Source: Candidatus Dadabacteria bacterium
GTDB lineage: Bacteria; Desulfobacterota_D; UBA1144; Nemesobacterales; CSP1-2
Assembly (NCBI GenBank): GCA_963805855.1
Contig: CAWDVW010000002.1
Span: 544,001-608,000, forward strand
Length of the DNA: 64,000 bases
Direction of reading: 5' to 3'
Numbering within the stretch: position 1 is the first letter of the stretch; each line of letters opens with the position of its first letter. Shown one piece after another: positions 9,699 to 20,705 of the stretch. Position numbers and translations under genes: made by a program. Below the pieces are notes generated by a model, which was not told the DNA's origin, did no database searches, and saw only the letters and a program-made list of their open reading frames with translations.

Positions 9699-10799
9699 AT
9701 GCCCAAATTTAACAGAGTCACCAAATCAGAAGGTCTCGCTCTCAAAGAGGTATTCGACGCACTGCCCGACGGAATCATAGTCCTCGATAAGTCATTTTCA
9801 ATAGTGGATATAAACGATGCTGCGGAGAACATCTTTAACATCTCGAGAAAGAAGGCATATCAAAAATCCATCGCCACCTACCTTCCCGAAGAAATAGAAG
9901 AGACCGCAAAAAAAGCGCTGGCCGAAGAAAGGACGATTATGGTAGAGGAAATTAGCCCAGTAGTAAGAGGAGGGGAAAGAATCCTGATTCAGGCATCTGC
10001 CTCACCTATATTTTCTGAAGACGGAGAAATAAAGTGTCTAATCATTCAGGTAAGGGACCTGTCGGGATCGAACTTTCTTAGCAAGAGAAGCCGCCAGCAA
10101 GCATCGAGTTCCAATTTCGAAGGTTTTATTACCGGGCTCGCGCATGAGCTCAAGAATCCGTTGAGCGGGATCAGAGGAGCTGCGCAGATACTAGCGAGTG
10201 AGACAATGAATGAAGAAACTATTAAGTGCGCCGACATAATCATAAAAGAAGCCGACAGACTACGCGATCTTATTGACAAGTTCAAGCGCCTCGAACCCTT
10301 CGCGAAGGACGCCTTTGAGTTGGTAAACATCCATGAGCTCCTTTCAGACATCACATTTCTTGAATCTAAATCCAGTTCTAACCAGGAAATAAATTTTATT
10401 CAGAATTTCGATGTGGCCATACCGCCGATCCTGGGAGATGAAAACTCACTGAAGCAGGCTTTTTTAAACATAATAAAGAACGCAAAGGAAGCGAATCCTG
10501 AAAACGCCATCATAGAGATTTCCACAAGGTGGATCACCGACTACAAATTCAGGAACGAAAATGTCATCTTGGTGGAGATAAGAGATAATGGTGAAGGGAT
10601 ACCAAAGGAGAATCTGGAAAAAATCTTTTCCCCCTTTTATACTACTAAGAAAAAGGGATCTGGTCTTGGCCTGTTTCTTGCATACCAAATCATAGCAAAG
10701 CATGGAGGCGCAATATTTGTTGAGAGTGAGTTAAAGAAGGGAACCAGATTTCAAGTGCACCTCCCTTTTACCCAAGTGAAAACCTTAAATAAGAAATAA
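9699..10799 (+). CDS. ntrB: PAS sensor histidine kinase, NtrB/GlnL-like
   Basis: PAS domain, LAHELKNPLSGIRGAAQ H-box typical of NtrB, N/G/F boxes; adjacent to ntrC and glnBA. Confidence 0.8.
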   Translation: MPKFNRVTKSEGLALKEVFDALPDGIIVLDKSFSIVDINDAAENIFNISRKKAYQKSIATYLPEEIEETAKKALAEERTIMVEEISPVVRGGERILIQASASPIFSEDGEIKCLIIQVRDLSGSNFLSKRSRQQASSSNFEGFITGLAHELKNPLSGIRGAAQILASETMNEETIKCADIIIKEADRLRDLIDKFKRLEPFAKDAFELVNIHELLSDITFLESKSSSNQEINFIQNFDVAIPPILGDENSLKQAFLNIIKNAKEANPENAIIEISTRWITDYKFRNENVILVEIRDNGEGIPKENLEKIFSPFYTTKKKGSGLGLFLAYQIIAKHGGAIFVESELKKGTRFQVHLPFTQVKTLNKK

Positions 10800-10849
10800 A
10801 AGACATTATCGTGATCCCCGATTGATTGAGTGGATTACGGACTGATGAG

Positions 10850-12292
10850 ATGAAAAAAAAGATTTTGGTAGTCGATGACGAGGAAAGTGTAAGGTGGGTA
10901 ATCGGTAAATGCCTTGAGAAGGCCGGTTACACAGTGGACTACGGAGCGAACGGGTCACAGGCTCTTGAAAAGGTGTCATCTGAATACTTCTCTCTGATAA
11001 TACTCGATATAACGATGCCTGACATAAGTGGACTCGAGGTACTCCATGACATAAGATCGAGGGGTATAGAGGTTCCGGTAATCATCATCACAGCTCAAAA
11101 TACGGTTAAAAACGCGATTGATGCCATGAAAGAAGGGGCATTCGATTACATTGCAAAGCCATTTGATTTGGATGAAGTAAGACTCACCGTCGACAGGGCC
11201 ATAAATAGCTATGAAAATGCGAGAAAGGTTGATTCTCTGACGGCAACATTGAACGAAGCAATGGAAATACATCAGGGTATAGTCGGAAAATCTCCGTCGA
11301 TGCTCAAGATCTATAAAACAATAGGGCGCATAGCGGGAAAAGATCTAACGGTGCTTATCGAGGGCGAGAGTGGCACGGGAAAGGAGCTTATAGCCAGAGC
11401 CATACATATCAACAGTCCCCGAAAAGACGAAAAACTGGTATCGGTGAATCTCGCGGCCCTGCCAAAAGATCTTATTGAAAGTGAACTCTTTGGATATGAG
11501 AAAGGGGCTTTCACAGGGGCATCAATAAGAAAACAGGGCAGATTTGATGAGGCTGCCGGCGGAACCCTTCACCTCGATGAAATAGGTGACATGCCATTTG
11601 AACTTCAGACAAAGCTTCTAAGGGTTCTGGAAGAGAAGAAATTCTACCGGCTAGGCAGTGAGAAACCCGTCGAGGTAAATGTAAGAGTTATTTTATCCAC
11701 AAACAAAAGATTAGAAGAAGAAGTGGAGAAAGGCACCTTCAGAAGGGATCTTTATTACAGGATAAATGCCATAACTATAGTGGTTCCTCCGCTAAGGAAA
11801 AGGAAAGAGGATATCCCACTTCTGGTGGATTACTTTAATGAGAAGTATTCAATTGACCTCGGCATTTATAAAAAAGCATTCTCCGTCGGAGCAAAAAAGA
11901 TATTGCTTGAATACAGTTGGCCGGGAAATGTAAGAGAATTAGAAAACACAGTCAAGAGGGTTATTGTTCTCTCATCAGAGAACATGATTACATCGGATGT
12001 CCTCCTCGATGCTGCTCCTTACTTAAGGGGGGAAAAGAAAGAGACAGACGAACTCTTTGGTGAATATATTAAATCCAAGCTCGAAGTCTTTTTGTACAAT
12101 AATCAAGAGGAAGCCTCAGGTGCGATATACGATCTGGTAATTCAAAAGATTGAGAAACCGCTTATCGAAGAAGTGTTACGGATAGCCAAAGGAAACAAGA
12201 AAAGGGCTGCGGCGATACTTGGAATTAACAGAAATACGCTATCGAAAAAGATAGAGGAGCATGACATACAATATGAAGACACCCTCCTGTAA
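10850..12292 (+). CDS. ntrC: Sigma54-dependent response regulator, NtrC/GlnG-like
   Basis: REC domain, GESGTGKE, ESELFGYEKGAFTGA, WPGNVRELEN and Fis HTH (LGINRNTL). Confidence 0.85.
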   Translation: MKKKILVVDDEESVRWVIGKCLEKAGYTVDYGANGSQALEKVSSEYFSLIILDITMPDISGLEVLHDIRSRGIEVPVIIITAQNTVKNAIDAMKEGAFDYIAKPFDLDEVRLTVDRAINSYENARKVDSLTATLNEAMEIHQGIVGKSPSMLKIYKTIGRIAGKDLTVLIEGESGTGKELIARAIHINSPRKDEKLVSVNLAALPKDLIESELFGYEKGAFTGASIRKQGRFDEAAGGTLHLDEIGDMPFELQTKLLRVLEEKKFYRLGSEKPVEVNVRVILSTNKRLEEEVEKGTFRRDLYYRINAITIVVPPLRKRKEDIPLLVDYFNEKYSIDLGIYKKAFSVGAKKILLEYSWPGNVRELENTVKRVIVLSSENMITSDVLLDAAPYLRGEKKETDELFGEYIKSKLEVFLYNNQEEASGAIYDLVIQKIEKPLIEEVLRIAKGNKKRAAAILGINRNTLSKKIEEHDIQYEDTLL

Positions 12293-12294
12293 CA

Positions 12295-12972
12295 TCAACC
12301 CGTTTTCTTTGAGACCCCAAGTTTATTCAGCCCCTCTTTAGCGGCTGATTGCTCGGCCTCCTTTTTGTTGCTTCCCATCCCCTCGCCCAGAACCCTCCTC
12401 ATTATCTTTACCTCAACGTGGAAACACTTCTTATGCGGCGGGCCCTCTTCGTGGACAACTCTATATCGAGGAATTTGCTTGTACTTCTTTTGTGCTATCT
12501 CCTGTAGTTTAGTCTTATAATCAGTGAAAATATCTTTCTCATCGATCGAATTTTTTATGAGCTTGGATATAACCCTAAAAACCTTTCTATATCCACCGTC
12601 TAAATAAATTGCGCCTATTATCGCCTCGAAGGCCCCGGAAAGATTTGACTCCCTGTCCCTACCACCGGTTCTCTCTTCCCCCTTTCCTAGAATGATTTGC
12701 TTATCGATACCCAGTTCCCTCGTAAATTTCGCAAAGTTCACTCTGCTTACTATTGCACTCCTCTGTTTGGAAAGTTTACCCTCGGAAGCGCTTGGATGGT
12801 GGTCATACAACAGGCGCGCTACTACCAACCCCAAGACAGCATCCCCCAAAAATTCCAGCCTCTCGTTGCTCTCGATTGAAAACTCGTTAGCATAAGAACT
12901 GTGCGTCAGTGCGGTTTTAAGAAGCGCTCGATCTTTAAACTTATACCCTAGACTCTTTTCTACCATGGGCAA
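12295..12972 (-). CDS. rnc: Ribonuclease III
   Basis: NERLEFLGDAVL signature and C-terminal dsRBD (DYKTKLQE...KKEAEQ). Confidence 0.95.
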   Translation of the reverse strand: MPMVEKSLGYKFKDRALLKTALTHSSYANEFSIESNERLEFLGDAVLGLVVARLLYDHHPSASEGKLSKQRSAIVSRVNFAKFTRELGIDKQIILGKGEERTGGRDRESNLSGAFEAIIGAIYLDGGYRKVFRVISKLIKNSIDEKDIFTDYKTKLQEIAQKKYKQIPRYRVVHEEGPPHKKCFHVEVKIMRRVLGEGMGSNKKEAEQSAAKEGLNKLGVSKKTG

Positions 12973-13138
12973 AAAACCCTATCATAATGAGGTAAAAAAT
13001 CAACCGAAACTTCCAGTCGCAAGCACCTTCAAAATATACGATCGGTTCGCATAAGTCTATATGAGATTCGGCGTAATATTCATAGTCGATTATAAAATCC
13101 AATTTTGTAATTTTCAATGTTTATTTTTTAAAACCGCG

Positions 13139-13155
13139 TGCCTCTTTTTTAAGCA
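13139..13155. promoter_or_regulatory. Putative NtrC binding site
   Basis: TGCCTCTTTTTTAAGCA fits TGC-N11-GCA with an AT-rich core, about 60 bp upstream of the sigma54 promoter. Confidence 0.45.
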
Positions 13156-13216
13156 TGATTTTGCTACACAACGAAAAAAACGACCCTATTTTCCGATTGA
13201 TTTGCCTTCTGTGAAG

Positions 13217-13232
13217 TGGTATGTTGTTTGCT
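13217..13232 (+). promoter_or_regulatory. Sigma54 (-24/-12) promoter of glnB-glnA
   Basis: TGGTATGTTGTTTGCT is GG-N10-GC with TTGC, about 30 bp before the glnB ATG. Confidence 0.75.
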
Positions 13233-13238
13233 TATTAG

Positions 13239-13601
<363 letters not shown>

Positions 13602-13649
13602 AGTTAAAGCCAACAAAAGCAGACTTTTATAAATGGAGGACGAAGACTA

Positions 13650-15125
13650 ATGCCCACAAAAAAGAAAGAATCTAAGAGTAAAGGCAAAGGAGGTATAAAT
13701 GATATGTTTCCTGAAAAGCCAGGAGATGTTATAAAATTGGTGAAAGACCAGAATATAGAGATAGTGGACTTGCGATTTCTTGATTTCCTTGGGACTTGGC
13801 AGCATTTTAGCGTGCCAGCTCATGAGCTGGATAGTAACGCATTTTCAGACGGACTCGGTTTTGACGGTTCAAGCATCCGGGGATGGCAATCGATTCATGC
13901 AAGCGATATGCTGGTTGTGCCAGACCCAAAAACAGGAAGAGTCGATCCGTTCCTGACGGTTCCAACTCTTACCATACTATGCGACGTTGTTGACCCGATA
14001 ACGCGTGAGCCTTATTCTCGCGATCCCAGAAATATTGCAAAAAAAGCAACTGCGTACATGAAAAGCACCGGGGTAGCAGACACCGCCTATTTCGGCCCTG
14101 AGCTGGAATTTTTCATACTGGACAATATACAGTACGAGCAGACTGCCAATTCGGGTTTCTACTTCCTGGACTCAGTGGAAGGGATTTGGAACTCTGCAAG
14201 AGATGAAAATCCGAACCTCGGTTATAAACCAAGGCACAAAGAGGGTTATTTCCCAACCCCGCCAAGTGATAATTTTCAGGATGTCAGATCGGAAATGGTA
14301 AGGACACTTGAACAGCTTGGCGTCATAGTTGAGGCCCATCACCATGAAGTGTCAACAGCAGGACAGGCAGAAATTGATATGCGATTTTCTCCTATCGTGG
14401 AAATGGGAGACAGGATGATGTGGTATAAATACGTATGCAGAAACGTTGCAATGAAACACGGTAAGACCGTCACATTTATGCCTAAACCAGTTTTTGGGGA
14501 CAACGGCTCTGGTATGCATACACATCAGTCCCTCTGGAAAAATGGGGAACCTCTTTTCGCCGGAAACAGTTATGCAGGATTGAGTGAACTGGCAATGAAT
14601 TATATCGGGGGAATCCTAAAACACGCACCGACTATTTGCGCCTTTGCCAATCCTACGACAAACTCATACAGGAGACTGGTGCCCGGATTTGAAGCGCCTG
14701 TAAACCTAGCATATTCGGCAAGAAACCGAAGCGCAGGGGTCAGAATACCCATGTATTCGCCAAGTCCTAAGTCCAAAAGGATCGAAGTGAGGTTTCCAGA
14801 TCCGGCATGTAACGGCTACCTGACATTCTCTGTTATGCTCATGGCAGGTCTTGATGGGATTGAAAAGAAAATCAATCCCGGTGAGCCACTGGATAAAGAC
14901 ATTTATGCACTGGGGCCCGAAGAGCTGGCGGGTATCCCATCAGTTCCGGGTTCCCTTGAGGAAGCACTTAAAGCACTTGAGAATGACCACGAGTTTCTAC
15001 TTAAAGGCGATGTATTCACAGAGGATGTGGTTGAGACCTGGATCGACTACAAGACTGAGAATGAGGTTAATCCCGTAAAGCTCAGACCTGTTCCGTATGA
15101 GTTTGTACTCTATTTCGATGTATAA
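13650..15125 (+). CDS. glnA: Glutamine synthetase type I
   Basis: [47 protein letters not shown]; adenylylation-site Tyr in DKDIY. Confidence 0.97.
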   Translation: MPTKKKESKSKGKGGINDMFPEKPGDVIKLVKDQNIEIVDLRFLDFLGTWQHFSVPAHELDSNAFSDGLGFDGSSIRGWQSIHASDMLVVPDPKTGRVDPFLTVPTLTILCDVVDPITREPYSRDPRNIAKKATAYMKSTGVADTAYFGPELEFFILDNIQYEQTANSGFYFLDSVEGIWNSARDENPNLGYKPRHKEGYFPTPPSDNFQDVRSEMVRTLEQLGVIVEAHHHEVSTAGQAEIDMRFSPIVEMGDRMMWYKYVCRNVAMKHGKTVTFMPKPVFGDNGSGMHTHQSLWKNGEPLFAGNSYAGLSELAMNYIGGILKHAPTICAFANPTTNSYRRLVPGFEAPVNLAYSARNRSAGVRIPMYSPSPKSKRIEVRFPDPACNGYLTFSVMLMAGLDGIEKKINPGEPLDKDIYALGPEELAGIPSVPGSLEEALKALENDHEFLLKGDVFTEDVVETWIDYKTENEVNPVKLRPVPYEFVLYFDV

Positions 15126-15164
15126 AACAGTGCTACCAAAGTAAATACCAGAGATTAAACGTTA

Positions 15165-15205
15165 TAAAAGGCGGCTGGCACTAAGAAAGCTATGCCGCCT
15201 TTTTA
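15165..15205. terminator. Bidirectional intrinsic terminator between glnA and nuoL
   Basis: AAAAGGCGGC...GCCGCCTTTTT inverted repeat between convergent genes. Confidence 0.7.
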
Positions 15206-15225
15206 TTAATTAGAACCCCTCAGGC

Positions 15226-17199
15226 TCAGCCAGCAGAAATTACGATATAGACAATTATGGCTAGTGCGCCTATCGCCATCGCTGCCGCGTAGAACCTAAG
15301 CATGCCTGTTTGCGCAAATCTCAAGACAGAAGCAGTCCTGATAACAACGCCCGAAATTCCGTTTACAGCACCATCAATTATATTCACATCAAACCTAGCG
15401 GCGCTCTCTGAAATGCTGTTAAAAGGTCTTACAAAAATAGTATCGTATGTTTCATCTACAAACCACTTTGCATAGGAAAACCTATAGACGGTAGATACTA
15501 TATTACTCCTCATAAGACTCTGTACTGAAGCGGGATTTATTATATATAAGTAAATGGCAATCATAGCCCCAACAACCGCGGCAATTATTGATAATAATGT
15601 TGCACTCCAATGTCCCAGAAAATCATGCAGCGATGAGCCTATGTCTGTTAAATAAAGCGAGGGCGACAAGAAATCCTCGAAAATGTTTGAATGCGAGATG
15701 CCAACTACCTTGGCCATGAAATCAGGGACCCCTATATACCCGCCAAATATAGAAAGTAACGCAAGAACCAGAAGGGGAATTGTCATCGTGTACGGGGACT
15801 CATGAATATGACTCCTGATTGATTGAGAGACACGGGTGCTGCCCTCGAATGTGAGCAGATACAATCGAATCATGTATAATGCCGTTAAACCTACGGTGAA
15901 GAGTGCAATAAACCAGTGCACTATATAGCCTCTTTCGATCAAAGAAGCAAGAATCCCATCCTTACTATAAAACCCCGATAGGAGAGGAATTCCGGATATT
16001 GCAAGAGTACCAATAAGAAAGGTGTATGAAGTAAATGGAATGTACTTTCTCAACCCACCCATTTTCCTGACGTCCTGTTCGCCGGCAAGAGAATGAATTA
16101 CGCTACCTGAGCCCAAAAACAGCAAGGCCTTAAAAAATGCATGCATCACAAGATGAAAAATACCGGCAGCATAAGCCCCAACCCCAATTGCCATAAACAT
16201 GTAACCGAGCTGACTTATTGTCGAATAGGCGAGCACCTTCTTAATATCATTCTGAGTAATAGCGATAGAAGCTGCAAGCAATGCAGTAAAAGCGGCTATC
16301 GAGACCACCAGCATCTGAGCGGTAGGCGACTGTGTATAAAACGCACTACACCTTGCCATCATGTACGCACCAGCAGTAACCATCGTGGCAGCATGTATTA
16401 ATGCGCTAACAGGTGTAGGACCCGCCATGGCATCTGGGAGCCAGACATAGAGTGGGAACTGAGCAGATTTGCCAACCGCACCAATGAATAGAAGAAGTGC
16501 GATAACGGTAATTAGGACACCGGGAATGGCATTGATGAAAACGGGATCCACGGCTTTGCCGAAAACATCGGAAAAATTCGTCGACCCAAATACATAAAAA
16601 ACCAAGAATATACCGATTATGAATCCAAAGTCCCCTATTCTGTTTACAATAAAAGCCTTTTTACCAGCACGTGCCTTCTCATAATCTTCATACCAGAATC
16701 CTATCAGAAGATAGGATGCTAATCCCACACCCTCCCAACCCACAAACAAGAGCGGGAAATTGTTACCCAACACCAATACCAGCATAAAGAAAACAAAGCT
16801 ATTAAGATAAGTGAAATACCTCGAATAAGAGCGGTCATCGTGCATATACCCGATAGAATAGACATGTATTAAGAAGCTTACCCAGGATACTACAAGAGCC
16901 ATGACACATGAAAGGGGATCAAACAGAAACTCAATACTTACCGAAAAATCTCCTGAAGGAATCCATAAATATAGCTCCTGAACTAGTTGTCTATCCGAAG
17001 GGGACAGCCCTAGAAGACGAAGGAATAAGATCGAAGACAGTATTGCAGAGATAAAGATTACACCACATCCCAGAAAGCTGACAATCCTATTTTCTGTCTG
17101 TTCGTCCCCTCGAATAACCTTTTTCCAGAATCCGGAAGCAAACACTAAACCATTAATCGCTGCACCTATTAAAGGTGCTAGTATTATCCAAACAAGCAC
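15226..17199 (-). CDS. nuoL: NADH-quinone oxidoreductase subunit L
   Basis: GWEGVG, KAFIVNRIGD, GKSAQFPL.VWLPDAMAGPTPVSALIHAATMV, HAFFKALLF. Confidence 0.95.
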   Translation of the reverse strand: MLVWIILAPLIGAAINGLVFASGFWKKVIRGDEQTENRIVSFLGCGVIFISAILSSILFLRLLGLSPSDRQLVQELYLWIPSGDFSVSIEFLFDPLSCVMALVVSWVSFLIHVYSIGYMHDDRSYSRYFTYLNSFVFFMLVLVLGNNFPLLFVGWEGVGLASYLLIGFWYEDYEKARAGKKAFIVNRIGDFGFIIGIFLVFYVFGSTNFSDVFGKAVDPVFINAIPGVLITVIALLLFIGAVGKSAQFPLYVWLPDAMAGPTPVSALIHAATMVTAGAYMMARCSAFYTQSPTAQMLVVSIAAFTALLAASIAITQNDIKKVLAYSTISQLGYMFMAIGVGAYAAGIFHLVMHAFFKALLFLGSGSVIHSLAGEQDVRKMGGLRKYIPFTSYTFLIGTLAISGIPLLSGFYSKDGILASLIERGYIVHWFIALFTVGLTALYMIRLYLLTFEGSTRVSQSIRSHIHESPYTMTIPLLVLALLSIFGGYIGVPDFMAKVVGISHSNIFEDFLSPSLYLTDIGSSLHDFLGHWSATLLSIIAAVVGAMIAIYLYIINPASVQSLMRSNIVSTVYRFSYAKWFVDETYDTIFVRPFNSISESAARFDVNIIDGAVNGISGVVIRTASVLRFAQTGMLRFYAAAMAIGALAIIVYIVISAG

Positions 17200-17242
17200 G
17201 CTCTATTTACTCCTGTCCTTGAATGTTAACTTCATCAATGAT

Positions 17243-17548
17243 TTACCCTTTAAGCATTTTTAGAATATCGATATTAAGGCTCTCACGGTGCGTGTAAACC
17301 GAAACAACAAGGGCCAACCCTACAGCCACTTCAGCCGCAGCAACGGTTATTGACATTATCATGAATACCTGACCCGTCATGTCTCCGAGCACCTTCGAAA
17401 AGGCAACAAATGCAAGGTTTGCAGAATTGAGCATCAACTCTATCGACATGAGCACTATGATTATATTCTTCCGTGTGATGACACCAAAAGTGCCTATAAC
17501 AAATAGTATTGAGCTAAGGACAAGGTAGTGTTCAACGCCAGTTGTCAC
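17243..17548 (-). CDS. nuoK: NADH-quinone oxidoreductase subunit K
   Basis: 101 aa; MSIELMLN and AAAEVAVGLA. Confidence 0.95.
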   Translation of the reverse strand: MTTGVEHYLVLSSILFVIGTFGVITRKNIIIVLMSIELMLNSANLAFVAFSKVLGDMTGQVFMIMSITVAAAEVAVGLALVVSVYTHRESLNIDILKMLKG

Positions 17549-17549
17549 A

Positions 17550-18059
17550 CTAATTGAACCTCCTTTTGGCTATCGCCACCACCCCTATTATGGCAACTAC
17601 GATCAAGACCGATGTGAGCTCGAAGGGTAGAATGTAATCCTTGAATAAAACAGTCCCGACACCTTCCACTGTTCCAAACCGGTTATTCGAAATTGCTTCG
17701 GCGCCATTCAAAGCTAAGCCCTTGTTGAATGCTAGACTCGTTAAATAACCGACCACGACAAGTATCACCAATAAGACACCAAACCTGATAGGACTGTTTT
17801 GATAATCGAACCTGAGCGAGTCCTCATGGAGGTTTAGATACATCACGGTAAAGATAAAAAGCACTATTATCGCCCCGGCATAGACAAGGATCTGAATTGC
17901 GGCAATAAACTCAGCAAGGAGTAAGATAAAGAGCACCGCGGTGGAGAAAAGCGTAAGAACCAGTGACAGAGCACAAACCACGGGATTCCCGTGCGTAATA
18001 ACAAGAAGAGCCCCCGCCACGGATGCAGCGGCAAAAATGTAGAAAAGTATCGATTCCAA
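17550..18059 (-). CDS. nuoJ: NADH-quinone oxidoreductase subunit J
   Basis: AEFIAAIQILVYAGAIIVLF and YILPFELTS. Confidence 0.93.
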   Translation of the reverse strand: MESILFYIFAAASVAGALLVITHGNPVVCALSLVLTLFSTAVLFILLLAEFIAAIQILVYAGAIIVLFIFTVMYLNLHEDSLRFDYQNSPIRFGVLLVILVVVGYLTSLAFNKGLALNGAEAISNNRFGTVEGVGTVLFKDYILPFELTSVLIVVAIIGVVAIAKRRFN

Positions 18060-18342
18060 CTCAGCTTCGCCTCTGTGAATTAGTTAGACGAATGGTATCT
18101 GATAATGGGAAAAATTCAACCTCAAAAAATGTGGATATAGTGCCTAAACTTACTGCCGGAAAAATAAAATATTATAATGTCGTAATTTGACGGCCGATCC
18201 AGGATCAATGGATCGAGAGATAAATTTTGAATTGAAAATTTAATGAGAATCACATATATTTGATTCGCTTTCACCGGTATTTCTTTGAAATTTAATTTTC
18301 ATAATTGACTATCATCTTTGATTGAACTAAGGAGGCCCAAAT

Positions 18343-19104
18343 ATGAGACTCAAAGGCAAAACCGCTTTGATAACTGGTGGAGGTGAGGGAATTGGTAAAG
18401 CTACAGCCCTACTTTTTTGTAGAGAAGGGGCGAAGGTTGGGATTACTGGAAGAACCAAAAAGAAATTAGACCAGGTTGTAAGGGAGGCGAGAGGTAAAGG
18501 GGAAATTGTGGCTTTTTCCGGAGATGTATCGTCAGAAGCACACGTCAAAGATACAGTAAATAAGTTCCTAAAAAGATTTAAAAAAATTGACATACTGTTT
18601 AACAATGCCGGTGTGCTCGAAGCCGGAAATGTTTTGACGACCTCCGTGGATTCGTGGGACAAGACAATTGTCATAAACATCAAAGGTATGTTTTTGATGT
18701 CAAAATATGTAACACCACATATGATTAGAGATGGAGGAGGTTCAATAATAAATAACGCCTCGGTTTTAGGATTCATAGGTTGCGAAAATACTCTCGCGTA
18801 CAGCGCATCAAAAGGGGCTGTTATGCAGTTCACAAGAAGCATGGCGCTGGACCATGTAAAGCAGGGAATCAGGGTAAACACAATTTGCCCTGGTTTTATA
18901 AAAACTAAGATGAATGAAGATTTTATTGGGAACCCTCCTGATGCACAAAAACAACTGGATGAAGTAGCAGCAAAATTAGTACCGATGGGAATGCGCGGAG
19001 AGCCCATGGACATAGCATACGGCATCCTTTATCTTGCATCTGATGAGGCGAAATACGTCACGGGATCAAGCCTTGTTATCGACGGCGGTTGGACTGTTTA
19101 TTAA
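18343..19104 (+). CDS. Short-chain dehydrogenase/reductase (SDR)
   Basis: TGGGEGIG, NNAG, YSASK, IRVNTICPG and DGG motifs. Confidence 0.92.
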   Translation: MRLKGKTALITGGGEGIGKATALLFCREGAKVGITGRTKKKLDQVVREARGKGEIVAFSGDVSSEAHVKDTVNKFLKRFKKIDILFNNAGVLEAGNVLTTSVDSWDKTIVINIKGMFLMSKYVTPHMIRDGGGSIINNASVLGFIGCENTLAYSASKGAVMQFTRSMALDHVKQGIRVNTICPGFIKTKMNEDFIGNPPDAQKQLDEVAAKLVPMGMRGEPMDIAYGILYLASDEAKYVTGSSLVIDGGWTVY

Positions 19105-19136
19105 AACTAATTTTATTCCTAACGAACAAATGTCGG

Positions 19137-19817
19137 CTATCTGCTTTTTACCACACCTATTTTCTCGCATAACTGTTCAACGGGGCATTCGGTGCACTTT
19201 GGAGAAATGGGTCGGCAAACAGTTTGTCCAAAGGCGACCAGGAGGCTGTTATAATCTATCCAGTATTTTCTTGGAAGCTTTTCCCTTAAGACCATTTCGG
19301 TTTCAAAAGGCGTCTTTGTTTCTATAAACCCCCATCGATTCGAAATCCTGTGGACATGCGTGTCAACGCAAACTCCAGGTTTTCCGTATCCCAGGGTCAC
19401 AACCAGGTTAGCAGTCTTTCTTCCGACACCTTTTAGCTTGAGAAGCTCATCGATCTCATCGGGAACCCTGGAATCATATTTTTCAATCAGAGTCTTGCAA
19501 ACGTCTCTTATAATCTTTGCCTTGGTCCTATAGAATCCCACGGGGTAAATTGCCTTTTCAATCTGCCTTGAACTAATCGCAAGCATATCCGATGGGTTAT
19601 TAGCCATCTTAAATAATCTTCCAGAAGCGCTACTAGTAGTCTCATCCTTTGTTCTAAGGCTGAGAATAGTCGATATCAAAACCTTAAATGGATCACGACT
19701 TCTCTCAGCCGTATGTGTAACGGAGGGCATTTTCCACCTTTTGTATTCTCTTTTTAAGATGGCAATAATCTTAGGAATATCTCGTGTTTTAAATCTTCCC
19801 ATTTTCCGACTGATCAA
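19137..19817 (-). CDS. nth: Endonuclease III
   Basis: HhH LKGVGRKTAN, VDTHVHR and a C-x6-C-x2-C-x5-C Fe-S loop. Confidence 0.93.
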   Translation of the reverse strand: MISRKMGRFKTRDIPKIIAILKREYKRWKMPSVTHTAERSRDPFKVLISTILSLRTKDETTSSASGRLFKMANNPSDMLAISSRQIEKAIYPVGFYRTKAKIIRDVCKTLIEKYDSRVPDEIDELLKLKGVGRKTANLVVTLGYGKPGVCVDTHVHRISNRWGFIETKTPFETEMVLREKLPRKYWIDYNSLLVAFGQTVCRPISPKCTECPVEQLCEKIGVVKSR

Positions 19818-19913
19818 TTTTTGTTTTGACGAAATACAGAACCATACATAAAAGTTGTGATATGAAAATTTACTGCAATCAAAGTTTGGCGATACTAGCG
19901 GCTTCTTACCCGT

Positions 19914-20705
19914 TTATTTGCACTCATGAGTGGACTCCTTCGCCAATTTTATAGCGCTATCTAGTCCTTTTTGGAAATAATCAAAATGCTCATCTAAAAA
20001 ATCGAGATATGCTTTTCTCTTTGTTATTAGTTCTTCTATACTTTCTGGCTTATCGGGCCTATATTTTTCAAGTATTAACATGAAATATTGTGTGAATGAC
20101 CCAATTATATGGTCAACAACGTTTCTCAAACCCTCACTATACTTGGCTTCAATCTCTTTCAGTTTGGTATCGTTTAGTTGCTTAAGAGACTTGAAATTTT
20201 CATTGCTTACAATGTCCGGCCCTTTATTTTGTATCGCCCTAATGACGGATTGGAAATCTAATTTTTTTATTTTCAATTCAAAGGCTAAATACAAAAAGTG
20301 GGCTAATCTATCCCAAGCACTAGCTAACAATCGAATCCCATAATCAATATTGTACCAAAACATAAAATCATCATAAGTTTGTTGATTCGTATGCTTAAAA
20401 TCACATGTAAGCGGTAAAAAATATTCAGCTGATGAAATAGAAACCGCAATAGTCAAGCGAATGTGTCTTATCTCCTCATAAACGTAATCAATTCTATACT
20501 TTTCAGTTACTTCAAATGGGTGCTGACCCGATAATTGAGGAAGTGGCTTACCCTCAGCTAGGTATACCACTTTCTCTAATTCTGCTTGTTTATCTCTCGT
20601 TTTTTGTATTGCTTCAAAATAAGACTGTGTAAAATTAGTCGAATCAGAGAGTAACCCCGGATATTTTTGCTCTAGTATGTTGAAAATAGCACTACTGTAT
20701 TTCAT
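19914..20705 (-). CDS. Putative HEPN-domain protein (Cthe_2314-like)
   Basis: Helical protein with S-A-W-D-R-L and R-N-V-V-D-H (Rx4H) motifs; AT-rich; start overlaps the upstream stop (ATGA). Family assignment is inference. Confidence 0.55.
   Translation of the reverse strand: MKYSSAIFNILEQKYPGLLSDSTNFTQSYFEAIQKTRDKQAELEKVVYLAEGKPLPQLSGQHPFEVTEKYRIDYVYEEIRHIRLTIAVSISSAEYFLPLTCDFKHTNQQTYDDFMFWYNIDYGIRLLASAWDRLAHFLYLAFELKIKKLDFQSVIRAIQNKGPDIVSNENFKSLKQLNDTKLKEIEAKYSEGLRNVVDHIIGSFTQYFMLILEKYRPDKPESIEELITKRKAYLDFLDEHFDYFQKGLDSAIKLAKESTHECK

Noticed and set aside
18327-19025. 232-aa antisense ORF over the SDR gene, and similar shadow ORFs over the GMC, G8, uvrA and TSP3 genes
   Set aside because: Fully overlap well-supported genes on the opposite strand and show no motifs.
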